A DNA stretch of 64,000 bases. Origin: Octopus vulgaris (taxonomy: Eukaryota). Location of the stretch: NCBI GenBank assembly GCA_951406725.2, contig OX597828.1, forward strand, positions 67,084,001 to 67,148,000, written 5' to 3'. Positions within the stretch are counted from its first letter, which is position 1, and the number at the start of each line of letters is the position of its first letter. Positions 12,668-26,465 of the stretch are shown here, piece by piece. Under the pieces are notes generated by a model. The model searched no databases and was not told the origin of the DNA. It was given only the letters and a program-made list of their open reading frames with translations. A program made the translations under genes and the position numbers.

Positions 12668-13337
12668 TCAAATCTTAACATCTTAAAAGAAGGTACGACA
12701 CATTGGATAGTGTAGTCAGAGAAACACCATGACTGAATAAAAAAAATACCTGATGGTCACAGCTGGAACGCCGTTGGCTATAGGTCTGATCTGCATCAGA
12801 ATAGAGCTGAGGCTAAAGAACAACAACAGCAACAACAACAACAACAACATGCATTAATAGCAGAATAGCGAAAAAGACAAAGGGACAAGAGCTGCTTGAG
12901 ACTGCACGTTCATGCGCATGCGTGTGCGTCTGTGTGCGCGCGCGTGCGTATCAGTGCTTGCGCGTGCGTGTGAATCAGGAGGGGTCCAAGAAAATGGTTC
13001 AGCGCCATTCTAAGAGAAAGCTGACGAGAAATCAGTTTGTTTTCTCTATTCAATGCTCAGAAGAAATTCTTCCCTATTATACAAGAATCGACTAAATAGA
13101 ATATGATTCTGGGGGGTAAGAGGGGGGGGGGGGGAGATAGATTCCAGTTGAAAGGAAATACATAATTTTGGTAAGCATCCGTTGACAATGGCAGTAAGAA
13201 CTACCACAGCGCAAAGATTTTCTAGAATATAAAGTATATAGGAGTGCGCGTGATTTTATACAAACACATATACATGCACGCACACATACATACATACACA
13301 CACGTACGTACATACCTACCTGCATGCATGCATGCAC

Positions 13338-13370
<33 letters not shown>

Positions 13371-13519
13371 CATACATACATACATGCATACATACGTACG
13401 TACATTATTTATGTGTCTAATTATTATAATCTCTCGAGAGCCAATTAATGTTATCGAACGGCTTCATGCCGAAATGAATCCAGAAATGCAAATGTAAAAT
13501 TAGCAATCATTGGATATTG

Positions 13520-13557
13520 CTCACACACACACACACACACACGCACACACACACACA

Positions 13558-13597
<40 letters not shown>

Positions 13598-13639
13598 TAC
13601 ACACAAACACACACACAATCACACACATATACATGCATG

Positions 13640-13674
<35 letters not shown>

Positions 13675-13695
13675 TCACGTGTGTGTATATGAGTG

Positions 13696-13749
<54 letters not shown>

Positions 13750-13780
13750 CATACATACATGCATAAATGCATATACACAC

Positions 13781-13814
<34 letters not shown>

Positions 13815-13880
13815 TCACATATCATACATACATACATACATACATATATACATACATACATAAATGCATATACACACGTA
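13520..13880. repeat. (CA)n/(TA)n compound microsatellite
   Basis: Direct reading. Confidence 0.9.
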
Positions 13881-14349
13881 TACAGTACAAGATCATGCAT
13901 GCGTAAATATATTTTTGTATCCAGCTCCATATTCATGTGTATGAGAGTGTGCGCGCGCGCGTATACGATTGTGTATGGATGTATGTATTATGTGTGGGAT
14001 AGGACTTCGATAAATTGAGTTTATCGACTGCCAATTAATAGAGAAAATCTGTCCTCAAGGGATTTTAAAATGTAAATATGAATACGACCAACACTTTCCC
14101 ACAAAGAAGATTTTACTGATCTTACTGAAGTTTCCTTTCCTGATCTGGTGTTAAATTTTCAGTTTTAAGTATTCCTAATTTTTGTAAGCTAATTACTAAA
14201 ATGATCTGCGTTAATCAAACTGTTTCACCTTGCTAAATTACATAAGTGAGACCGTTCTGAATCCTATTTAACCACTACCGTTTTTGCATGCACACTGATG
14301 CTCTTCTCAGGTATTTTATCTGTCATATTAATTGGTATACATATATATG

Positions 14350-14900
14350 TAGGAGATGCCGTGTGGTAAGATGCTTACTTCCAAACCACATGGTTCCGGG
14401 TTCAGTCCCACTACGTGGCACATTGGGCAAGTGTCTTCTACTGTAGCCTCGGGCCGACCAAAGCCTTGTGAGTGGATTTGGAAACTGAAAGTAGCCCGTC
14501 GTATATATATATACTCTTTTACTCTTTTACTCTTTTACTTGTTTCAGTCATTTGACTGCGGCCATGCTGGAGCACCACCTTTAGTCGAGCAAATCGACCC
14601 CGGGACTTATTCTTTTGTAAGCCCAGTACTTATTCTATCGGTGTCTTTTTGCCGAACCGCTAAGTGACGGGGACGTAAACACACCAGCATTGGTTGTCAA
14701 GCAATGCTGGGGAACAAACACAGACACACAAACACACACACATATATATATATATATACGACAGGCTTCTTTCAGTTTCCGTCAACCAAATCCACTCACA
14801 AGGCATTGGTCGGCCCGGGGCTATAGCAGAAGACACTTGCCCAAGATGCCACGCAGTGGGACTGAACCCGGAACCATATATAAATATACGTATGTATGTA

Positions 14901-14943
<43 letters not shown>

Positions 14944-15157
14944 TGTGTGTATGCATTTGTGTGTGTGTGTTAACAACCGATGTTGGTACGTTTACGTCCC
15001 TGAAATTTAGCGGTTCGTTAAAAGAACCGATACAAGAAGTACTAGGCTTACTAAGAATAAGTCCTTGGGTTGATTTGTTCGACTAAAGGCGGTGCTCCAG
15101 CATGGCCGCAGTCAAATGACTGAAACAAATAAAAGAATAAAAGCATAAAAGAAAGAA
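14350..15157. mobile_element. Nested SINE A pair: minus copy (14512-14876) inside the internal microsatellite of a plus copy
   Basis: Plus head at 14350-14500, inverted near-complete copy, then the plus-strand second half at 14960-15157. Confidence 0.85.
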
Positions 15158-15649
15158 TATATATATATATATATATCAAATATCACTTCGGTGACCGACG
15201 CTGAGTAGCTCATTCAAACATAAAAAAAATGAAAATAAAATGAGTGATTTGCAAATGTAAATAATTAGATATAAATAATATACATAAATATAAAGAAAAG
15301 CAAAAGATATGCAATTGAAAGATATAAAGATTTAAATATATATACAAGTAAAAATATACATATTTATACATATAAGAAATATATACGTATTTACAGATAT
15401 TTTGTTAAATGACCGTGTGTAAGTATGTGGTTTGTGGGGTCGACCGCGTCCTCCGCTTCAATTTTTGTAAATCACTCATTCTCATTTAATTGTATATATT
15501 TTAATTGTTTATTCATACGTTTCGTCCAATTCGATCGCCTGACCCCAATGTTTGTTTTGTCTGTCCTCGTATCGTCCCCTCTTTTTCTCAACCTATTATG
15601 GTTAATAAAGAAATTGACTGTTCAGGATTTCCACCACCCTTATTTTTCA

Positions 15650-16983
15650 TCCCACAGGGTGTCCAACAACACCCTCCTCACCAAGCAAGCCTGGTGGGGT
15701 TGCCAGTTTAGTCACCGGCGATCCGGCCATGCGACAGGCTGTTGTGGATTACATGTTACCAGAAGTACTCAAGAGCGGCCTGACATACAGACCTGACTTT
15801 ATAGAGTGTTTGAGTGTCGGTTTGGTATCTGGAATGGGATAGCTTACCTCATGGGCAGGTAGAAGCTCTTTAACTTTGGTTAGTAATCTACTTAGGAGAA
15901 GGGGCAAAGAGCTGGACTGACCATCATCTAGTGCGTGGAAAAATAGATTTTTCGATAATGCCTAAAAGTCGACAGTCTGGTCCTAAGGTACCCAAAACTT
16001 AAATGTTGCAAACTTTAAATTATCAAGCAGCTTGCAAAGATTCCACAATGCTATAGAAAGTATCAACCTTGACCCAAACAATCTATGGGAAGATTTCAAA
16101 ACAAAAGTATTTCAGGTCGCAAGTTAGTCAGTGGGATTTAAATTACATAAGTCTAGTGACTGGTTCTCAGATAGATCAGCAGAAATGCATGATCTACTTT
16201 TAGAAAAACAAAACTTCGGCCATACACTTCTTTCTCAGTCCTTCAACCCCAACTCAAACGAAGCTTACAGAAAGCTGAAAAGGAAAGTGCAGATTGCTCC
16301 AAGGAGAAAGTAAATAGGAATGGTGGAATGATAGAGCAAAAGGGGCACAAGAAGCAGCTGATAGAAATGATGCCAAGGGTTTGTACTCTTATGTTAAGGA
16401 GGTATATGGCCCAAAATCTTCTTCGATAGCTCCAGTCAGAACAGCATATGGATGTTTGCTTCTGACTGACACTGCTTCTATTCATAAGCGCTGGGTAGAA
16501 TATTTTTCCTCACTTTTGAACAGACCAGCAAGACGATAGGAAAAATTGAACACTTTCCAGTTATAGAAGAGATGGCATTTGAACCAACTGTAAATGACAT
16601 TTATTTAGCTGTGAATAAGCTGAATAACAATAAGTCTCCAGGGTCTGATGGAATCTGTGCAGAAGTCTTGAAATATGGGGATGACAAAATGTTTGAACTC
16701 TTAAATATATTAATTTGTCACTTTTGGAGAATTGAGAAAGTGCCTCAAGACTGAATTGATGCTGTTTTAGTCTCCTTGTATAAATCAGGGCCAATGGCTC
16801 TGTGTGGTAATTTTCATAGGATTTCGCTTTTGTCTGTGGTTGGAAAGGTACCTGCCTGCATTTTGTTAGAACGTTTAAATACCTTTATAGTTCCAAATGT
16901 AGTGTCTGAGTCTCAGTGTGGCTTTCGTTCCTCCAGGGACACAGCTGATTGTATCTTTACTGTCAGACAAGTACAAGAAAAGT
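15650..16983 (+). mobile_element. RTE-clade LINE remnant (5' leader, end of APE, N-terminal RT)
   Basis: WTDHHLVRGK; NKSPGSDGICAEVLKYG; CGNFHRISLLSVVGKV...SESQCGFRSSRDTADCIFTVRQVQEK. Stops and frameshifts present. Confidence 0.9.
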
Positions 16984-16984
16984 A

Positions 16985-17160
16985 CCTATGTTTCAAAGGG
17001 CCAGCCATGTCACACTGTGTCGCGCCGAATCTCCTTGACAACTACGTTAAGGGTACACATGTTTGTGCAGTGCTTAGCCATATTCATGTTAATTCACGAG
17101 CAGGGTGTTCCGTTGATCAGATCAATTGGAACCCTTGTCGTCGTAACCACAGTGTGCCAG
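16985..17160 (+). mobile_element. 3' portion of a SINE-like repeat
   Basis: Abrupt switch from the RTE frame to aagggccagccatgtcacac...gtcgtcgtaacc; the end resembles the ...cgtaacc tail of the 43010-43325 element. Confidence 0.45.
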
Positions 17161-17197
<37 letters not shown>

Positions 17198-17417
17198 TGT
17201 ATGTATGTATATTAAGAGTCGCACATTTTACTTTATCACTTCCTTCTATGTAAAAGTGCATCACACGCATACCATTATACATATTTTCATTTCACCTCCC
17301 ATATTCTTCTTGCTTTTCTTTCCATTATACATCAACGCCTGCTCCTACGTATCTGCATCCATGCTTTCCTTATACATACATAAAAATTACACAGACACAC
17401 AACACATCATATACAAC

Positions 17418-17495
<78 letters not shown>

Positions 17496-17688
17496 AACCT
17501 CAGCTACTACACTTCCCCATATATTCAAATCCAAATACTTTTGCATTTGCACATGCATACATTCACTCCTTACTTGTTGAATCCACCCCATCACCCCATG
17601 ATAGAGCCGCATTTCTACGTGGATTGTAACCCTTCTCCATTTTCTCTCTCACTATTTCTTTCTCCCACCCTTCATACCCTTTTCTGTT

Positions 17689-17725
17689 TCTCTTGATGAA
17701 GGACTAAAGTCCGAAACGTTAGGAG
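17689..17725 (+). ncRNA. Degenerate minimal hammerhead motif
   Basis: TTGATGA-A-GGACT aa AGTCC-GAAA-CGTT. C3 is replaced by T and stem I is weak. Confidence 0.5.
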
Positions 17726-17911
17726 TCTTTCCTTTCCACTAAAGAGTTAAACTAATATAGTATTTGTTAAAGCCTGTCTTCCTGTATTGCCTTTTTATTT
17801 TGTCGTTTTTTTATTGTTCATACATAAATGTATATATATACATACACGCACATAAACATATACATATGCGTATGCATACATACATGCATACACACATTCA
17901 TAATTACAAAC

Positions 17912-17971
<60 letters not shown>

Positions 17972-19339
17972 CAACCAAGATGAATGCATTCATATATATA
18001 CGCGCGCGCGTACATGTATTACAAAGAACACGCACATACACGAATTAATTCGCATAATTGCCTGTGCGTATACACGCATATAGACGCAAATACATCTGTG
18101 TATAATACACATATAGATACACTCGTACATGTACGTATAAATACACACACTTCGTACCATGGCAGGTATTTCTTATACTTTCTCCACGGGTGGTCTTAAT
18201 ATTACTGAAAGAGTTGGCAGCTGTCTTTGAAAATAGCCGAAGGCAGTCGAAAATCTTTCAATCTACATAATGGTTTGGTAACGTTTCAATTCCATTTTCT
18301 AAATGAACTTTTAATATTGATATCCTTCGGTGTGTGCGATAAACACCGTGATATGAATAATGCACTAATAATTTTCAAGTGACATGCGTATATGTGTTCA
18401 TATCCGCGTATACGTTCGTGAATGTGTTTGTATGTATGTATGTATGTATGTATGTATGTATGTACGTACTTATGTACGTATGTATGTATGTATGTATGTA
18501 TGTATGTATGTATGTATGTATGTATGTGCGTACGTGTGTATGTTTGCGCGCGCGCGTATGAAATTAAATATCAATTCCATTCTAGTGGTTTCGCACAACT
18601 AACGGTCACCGGTTCCAACCAATCGCTATCCAGCACTGTGAGTAATCTTCAGCTGGTACATGAAATGAATGCAAGTTGTACACACGGACACGTACGTACA
18701 TATGTATGCCTGTGCATACGTGTGTGTATGTATGTATGTATGTATGTATGCATACACACATACACGCATACCTTTTAACTTTTACATTTTACTTATTTCA
18801 GTCATTGGACTGCGGCCATGCTACAATACCACCCTGATGAGTTTATAAATTAACACGCAACTATATATACATACTCACAGATCGAGATTAGCCGTGACTA
18901 TAAAGTTTAACGAGTGAAGGCTTTACTAAACAGCAATATACAGATTTAGTAAATTTTTACGCCTGATTCGTTCAATGAAACTTATGGAATTTGGGGAGAT
19001 TTACTGATCTGAGGTGAGTTTACTAAATTTGGCTTTCTCTTGGTTTCTAGCAGTAAATCAGACGTAGCTGTGTGGTAACAAGTTTACTTCGCAACCACAT
19101 GGTTCCGGGTTCAGTCCTACTGCATGACACCGTGTGCAAATGTCTTCTACAAGAATCTCGGGCTGACCACAGACTTGTGAGTGAATTTGGTAGACGGAAA
19201 CTGAAAGAAGCCCGCTTGTGTGTATATATATATTCAGAATTTCAAATTTTCTCTTTTTTTCTCTTTGTGTACATATGTATATATTGTTTCTGCGCGCGCG
19301 CGCCCTTGTGTGTGGGGGGGAGACGGGGAGTAGATGAGG

Positions 19340-20728
19340 CTCGTTAGCCGTGGTGAAGGCAACTCTTCAAAACCGGGTCATAGTAATGGCGGTCTCCTCA
19401 ATTGGCTCCGCTATCAAAGCCATATCTGTTTCATGGGGCCGTTTGGGCTCCTGTTTTGAAACGAAGCCGTGATTAGGACAACCAGTATAGGAAATAAAAC
19501 TCTGAACTAAAATTGACTTTACCACTGCTCTGTTTGCAGTCTCCTTTTGAAGAAAAGCCTAAGAGAATGTGTACATTTTGGATTCAGAATTAGTTTGGGG
19601 AAAACCAAAGTAATGTTTACTTACTCACCAGGACAAACATCTTCTGAAGCAAACATTTTTTGTGAATGGAACAAGGTTAGAAGTCATTGACACCTTTGTT
19701 TACCTTGGAAGCACACTGTCAAGAGATGGTGGTCTTGATGCAGAGATATGTTATCGATTAGGGAAGAGAAGTGTTGCATTTGGAAAGCTCGAAAAGCGAG
19801 TATGGGCGGATAGAGGTATTTCCCTACAGTCTGTAAAACGTGGGCATTGACGGCACTTCTTTATTCGAGTGAGACCCGGACCAATTACAGACGTCATATT
19901 AATATACTGGAGAGATTTCATCAAAAGTACCTCAGATGTATCTTGGGAGTCAAGTGGCAATGTTTCATCCTAGATACAGAAGTTTTGCGCATGGCGCGTT
20001 GTAGCTTAATTGAAAACATGTTATCTTGGCTCAAATGAGACGGGCTGGGCATATTATTAGAATGAAAGATGAGCGATCGCCAAGCGTCTATTTTATGGTG
20101 AGCTCATCTCTGGTAAGCGACCAAAACATAAGCCGAGGAAAAGGTATAAAGTATGTGAGAAGAAACACCTGAAGAAACTAGATATGAAGAAAAGTGATTG
20201 GAAATTGATGTTCTAGCTCGGAACTAGTGGGGAGGCGCTGTTAGGATTGGTTGCAATGCCTGGGAGGAGAAGATGATTTAGCAATCTGGATTTAAAAGGG
20301 CCTGTCGCAAAGGAACAATTGGAACTGTAGTCAACAGTGACCATTGGATATTATTATGTGTGACCGTGTTCTGTTGTCAAAAGTGGAATACGTGAATCCT
20401 ATGAAGTCACATGAAAATCGATATGCCTAGGTAGGTAATAATCTTGAACCCCCAACCGCTGATTATGACTTGTGTCATATGTCACAAAACTTGTAAGACA
20501 ATATCTGGAGTTAAAAGACATATGCTAGGACACAGAAGCATTCCTTCAGGATCAGATTCTAAAAGGCAAAGATGGAGAAGAAACTTGAATAATATTTGTC
20601 ACTTGTGTTTTAAACCCTGTCAGTCAGCAGCTGGTCTTAAAAGTCATCTCTGTTGGAGGGATTGTGCTGTGTGATGGGTATGTGGTGTGTGTTGATGGGA
20701 CGGCTATCATCTGTCAAAATGAAGCAAT

Positions 20729-20730
<2 letters not shown>
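19340..20730 (+). mobile_element. RTE-clade LINE remnant (leader-like segment, post-RT region, C-terminal C2H2-like fingers, 3' end)
   Basis: FVYLGSTLSRDGGLDAEI...AFGKLEKRVW; LLYSSET...LERFHQKYLRCIL; RLFYGEL..GKR; CVICHKTCKTISGVKRH; CHLCFKPCQSAAGLKSHL. Confidence 0.9.
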
Positions 20731-20774
<44 letters not shown>

Positions 20775-21059
20775 TATATATATGTATACACACACAAACA
20801 TATATATGTATGTATTTACGTATGTATGTACGTATGTATTTATGTATGTATGTATGTATGTATGTATGTATGTATGTATGTATGTATGTATGTATGTATG
20901 TGTGTGTGTGTATGTGTTTGTCCTCCACTATTGCTTGACAACCAGTGTTGGTGTGTTTATGTCCCCGTAACTTTCCGGTTCGACAGATGATACCAAAAGT
21001 ACCGAGGTTAAAAATCATTAAGTTCTGGGATCGATTCATTCGACTAAAACATTTTTCAA

Positions 21060-21680
21060 GGGGTGTGGGAGAAAGTCAATTACGACGACCACAGTGTTCA
21101 ACTGGTACTTATCGACCCGGAAAGGATGAAAGACAAATTCGACCTCGGCAGAATTTGAACTCAGAACGTAAAGACGGATGAAATGCCACAAAGCATTTTG
21201 CCGTTCGTGCGAACGAGTATGCCAGCTCGCTGCCTATATATAGATTTCAATTTTTGGCACAAGGCCAGCAATTTTGGGTGAGGGATAAATCAATCGCATT
21301 GACCTTGTGGTCAACTTGCACATATTTTAGCGACCCCGAAAGGATGAAATGAAAAGTCGACCTCGGCGGAATTTGAACTCAGAACGTAAGACGGATGAAA
21401 TGCCACTAAGCATTTTGTCCGGCATGCTAACGATTCTGTCAACTCGACGCCTCGGTGAGCTGGCAGAAAGGTAAGCGCGCCGGGCGAAATTCTTAGCGGT
21501 ATTTCGTCTGTCGTTACGTTCTGAGTTCAAATTCCACCGAGGTCGACTTTGCCTTTTATCCTTTCGGGATCGATAAATAAAGTACCAGTTTCGCACTGGG
21601 GTCGATATAATCGACTTAATCCCTTTGTCTGTCCTTGTTTGTCCCCTCTATGTTTAGCCCCTTGTGGGCAGTAAAGAAAC
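21060..21680. mobile_element. Cluster of three SINE B copies (two minus, one plus, head-to-head)
   Basis: Minus copies at ~21060-21235 and ~21245-21450; plus copy at ~21452-21680 ending gtgggcagtaaagaaa. Confidence 0.85.
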
Positions 21681-22164
21681 ATATATATTAATAGTTAAAT
21701 TATGATTGTTAGGTTATATTGTTATTAAAAACTCAAGGTTCATATATTTTAAGATTACAGACAATGAAAGCCGAAAAGGGAAATGAATAACTGTGTTGGC
21801 TGAAGGTATGACAAGATGGTGTGTTTGTGTGTGTGTGTTGCTTATTTAATTGAATGTTTGTACGTGGGTGGTGGTAATCGTGTTTGTGTCTGTGCTTGTT
21901 GGAGTGTGGTTATGACAACAAACAAGTATGTGTTATATACGTGTGTACAAAAGGGGGTTCCATAGAATTATTAGCATCTCACATTATGTCGGTATAGATA
22001 TTAGAAATAGTGAAATCATTCATACTAAAATGCTAGGCATGTATAAAACAAAGAAAGTAAAACAAAACAGAATAAGTGTAACAGCGAAATAAGGTTTGAT
22101 CATAAATGACTAATAATAGGTGTTGTGTTACTAACAATAGATATTTTGTTACTAGTTAACGCGT

Positions 22165-22360
22165 GTGTAGCGTGGTTTACATGATTACATAGTTCCGGGT
22201 CAGTTTCACTGCGTACGTCACCTTGGGTAAGTGTCTTCTACTATAGCCTAGAGACGACCAAAGACATGTGAATGGATTTTGTAGAGAGAAACTGAAAGAA
22301 GCCCGTCGTATACATACACATTTCTTTACTACCCAAAGGGGCTAAACACAGAGGGGACAA
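22165..22360 (+). mobile_element. SINE A 5' half followed by an inverted SINE B tail fragment
   Basis: gttccgggtcagtttcactgcg...ccttgggtaagtgtcttctactatagcc...gaaagaagcccgtcg, then tttctttactacccaaaggggctaaac. Confidence 0.7.
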
Positions 22361-22483
22361 AGTAGCTTCTAAGTGGAAGTGAAGGCAGCATGTTCTTTGT
22401 CTATCTCTAACTTCTTAGAGATTTTAGGTAAAATTATACTAATGTGTCCATCTGGTTTATATTTAATTAAATTATATGTCTTT

Positions 22484-22571
22484 GTGCAGCTGAGGATTGC
22501 TCTGCATTTAAATTGATGTAATTATTGAATTGTTAATTTAAATAGAGTTGCGTGAAACGATCGTACTGCAT
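22484..22571 (+). ncRNA. Type-I hammerhead ribozyme motif with long AT-rich stem II
   Basis: TGCAG-CTGAGGA-[57 nt with atttaaatt...aatttaaat arms]-GAAA-CGATCG-TA-CTGCA. Perfect 5-bp stem I and palindromic stem III. Confidence 0.75.
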
Positions 22572-22707
22572 TACCTCTGGATATCCTTGTTGCTTGTTTT
22601 GATTCTAATCACCTTATTTTGAAATTGCATGGATAATACTGTACTAAATGCTGGTGCCTCAACTTAAGTACCATATTCACCTGAATCTAAATTTTTACTG
22701 AACCAGA

Positions 22708-22709
22708 AT

Positions 22710-22744
<35 letters not shown>

Positions 22745-23248
22745 CATACATACATACATACACACATACATACATACATACATGCATGCATGCATGCATA
22801 CATACATAGATACATACATAGATACATACATACATACATACATACGTACATACATTCGTACATACATACATACACATACATACATACATACATACATACA
22901 TACATACACACACATACATACATACATACATACATATATACATACATACGTACATACTTACGTACATACATACACATACATACATACACACACATACATA
23001 CATACATACATAAATACATACATACATACATACATACATACATACATGCATGCATACATACATACACATACATACATACATACGTACATACATACATACA
23101 TACATACACATACATACATACACACACATACATACATACATACATACATACATACAATCATGCATACACATACATACATACATATACATATATACATACA
23201 CACACATATATACATGCATACATATACATACACACACACATACAAACA

Positions 23249-23280
<32 letters not shown>

Positions 23281-23503
23281 CATACACACACACACATACA
23301 TACATACATACAAACATACATACATACATACAAACATACATACATACATACATACATACAAACATACATACATACATACATACACACATACATACATACA
23401 TACATACAAACATACATACATACATACAAACATACATACATACATACATACATACATACATACATACATACATACATACAAACATACATACATACATACA
23501 TGC
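22708..23503. repeat. (CATA)n-based compound microsatellite, ~800 bp
   Basis: Direct reading. Confidence 0.95.
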
Positions 23504-23884
23504 ATATTTTGCTTTTCTTATTCTATTGTTCTGGATTAAATAAGAACATTGAATTCAGATGATGTAGGTGCATATTTGTCAAACTGCACCTGCAACTGTG
23601 CAGCCGGAAGTAAAGCCATTATAAATATTGCCTTATTGTTTGTTTTAGGCAACATCTTATTTATTTTATGCTATCAACTTGATGCACATTACTGCACCAC
23701 TCGATGCAATTTATAAATATATAATCTGTGGATTGAAAGACATTAAGAAATTTGCCTTTTGTGTAAATGTTTGCGTGCACCAGCTTGTGCATCCGTGCAG
23801 TTTTTATATACGTTTAAGTGAGCATATGCAAACGCGTTCATGTGTGGTTTTAAGCGCGTGAATGGACGTGTATGTTTTGCATTG

Positions 23885-23967
<83 letters not shown>

Positions 23968-24255
23968 TATACATACACACATATGTTTAGGGGGTCGATA
24001 CGGAAGCTCGATAGATCTGAATTGAAATGTTAGTTCCTTCAAAAATTTACTCTGTTGACCTCTGTATACGCATCTTGTACTCTGCCTGTACATATACATA
24101 GGCTAAGGATTGTACTTTGCCTTGGTTGCCAATTGTGCCACTTCAAGTATTTCTTGACCACTGGACTTCATTAACCCAATAGAGATTGTGAAACTAAATC
24201 CTGATATATTGTTGCTTTGGTTCTCTGTTTTCTCTATTACAGCACATTTTAATTT

Positions 24256-24290
<35 letters not shown>

Positions 24291-24304
24291 AATAATAATA
24301 ATAA

Positions 24305-24917
24305 TCCTATCTACTATGGGCAGAAGGCCTGAAATTTTGGGGGAGGGGACTAGTCGATTACATCGATTCCAGTCTTTCACTGGTACTTAATTTATCGATC
24401 CAGAAAAGATGAAAAGCAAAGTCGGAATTTGAACTCACAACGTAGTGACGGGTGAAATGCCGCTAAGCATTTTTGTCAAGCGTGCTAACGATTCTGCCAG
24501 CTTACTGTCTTAATCATAATAATAATAATAACAGTCCTTTCTACTATAGGCACAAGGCCTGAAATTTTGGGGAAGGGAGCAAATTGTTCAATTATATCTT
24601 TTTCCTTCTCTCATTAATTGGTTTATAATTACCGTACAACCTTCCTTCTGTTTAATAAATACGTTCCTCATTAACTATGATGACTCAGCATATATAACGG
24701 CTATATCTTTTTATCTTTTTCTCGTACTTGCTTCAGTCGGCAAACTGCGGCCATGCTGGAGCACCACCTTGAAGAATTTTTAATCGAATTAATTGACCCC
24801 AGTACTGTTTTTTTTTAAAACTTGGTTTTATCGGTTCCTTTTGCCGAGCCGTTTAATTACGGGGACGTAAACACACCAACACCAGTTGTCAAGCATAGTG
24901 AGGGACAAATACAAACA

Positions 24918-24975
<58 letters not shown>

Positions 24976-25322
24976 ACGGGCTTCTTTCACTTTCCGTCTA
25001 CCACATCAACTCAGAAGGCTTTGGTCGGCCCGAGGCTATAGTAGAACAAATTTGTCCAAAATGCCACGCAGTGGGACTGAACACGGAACCATGTGATTGG
25101 CAAGCAACCGATTTGCTCCGCAAAATAGAGATAACGACGATCTTTCTTGGCTTATAGCTAAGTTGCTGATAGCAAAGACGATCTTCCCTATAGTTTGGTC
25201 AATCCAAAATACCTGGACAAAATATTGGTGAACCCGAAGCTATAGCAGAAGGAATTTACCAAAAGTGCCGTGTGGTTGTCTGTTTTTCAAATCAGACTTC
25301 TTAACTACACTGCTACGCCTGC
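24305..25322 (-). mobile_element. SINE cluster: family B (24305-24510, plus a tail fragment) and family A (24700-25105, 25190-25322)
   Basis: Reverse complements of the family consensus segments. Confidence 0.75.
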
Positions 25323-25560
25323 CTCCTCATCAAATTAAAATTTGACTGCTATTTCTTGGAGGTCAACCACACGACTTGGCTGCTTTTGGTAGCTGTGGGT
25401 TAGAGTAATGAAGAGAGCGAAGTTAAAGAGAACAAAGACTAAGGCGTTTGCAGCATGTGTATGTGTGTTTGCATTTATATGCGGACGTGTGTAATGTGTA
25501 GGAGTATTTGTGTGTATGTGCTTGGGTGTACTTGTATGCTTGTGTGTGCTTGTGGACGTC

Positions 25561-25658
<98 letters not shown>

Positions 25659-26360
25659 GATGTAACGGATGCAAAGCAGGAAACAAATATGCCGGCTACA
25701 AGAGTTTATTGCATCCAAGTCAGCTGGAAATTGGGGTGGGATGAAGGAAGAGGAGCGAAAAGGAAAGGAGGAGGAGGAGAGGGATGAAAGCGAGGGGAGG
25801 AGAGAGAGAATGAGAGTAAGGGGAGGAGACTTATTTAATAGGAAAGTGTGCGTGTGTGTGTGTGTGATGTGGGGAGCAGTAAAGGTTGGGGCACGCATTA
25901 ATCAAATAATCTTAATTATAATCTGGTTGAATATTTATGTATTCTAAAGAGGTGTACATAAAATGATAATATCAAGCACTGTTTATTCTCCCTTTTTCCT
26001 ATTATATCCAAGGGAAACACCTACGTGGCTGTTCAACTTTCTAGAAACGACAACCAAATCTCCCTCAAACCACACTGTATCGTTTGAGATAAAGAAAGGC
26101 CACATTAGGTGACATAGTCCCAATGTATCCTTAAAACACGGTGAGTCACGGCTGAAATGCCTTTGGACCATTAGCGAGGTCAATGCTGTTGGCGTTATTT
26201 TTTTAAGCATTTGTAATTCGATATTCTAGCGAATATCTCGTTATTCCTTGAATGCCCATGACGCGAATGTAAACCCACAGATATAGAGTTTAGTTTCCTC
26301 AACAGCTAAGTCAGACAATCTGCCATCGTACCACTCTACCTTAGATTTCTCGGCCAGTTA

Positions 26361-26401
26361 CTACGCGCGGGTAAGAGTGTGGTATATATATAAATGTATA
26401 C

Positions 26402-26465
<64 letters not shown>

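Noticed and set aside
15655-15725. HDV-like ribozyme in the RTE leader (ccctcctcacc)
   Set aside because: I could not build the P1/P3/P1.1 double pseudoknot; only a simple hairpin is evident.
16776-17696. 306-aa ORF
   Set aside because: Chimera of ~70 codons of RTE RT read through a SINE tail and microsatellites.
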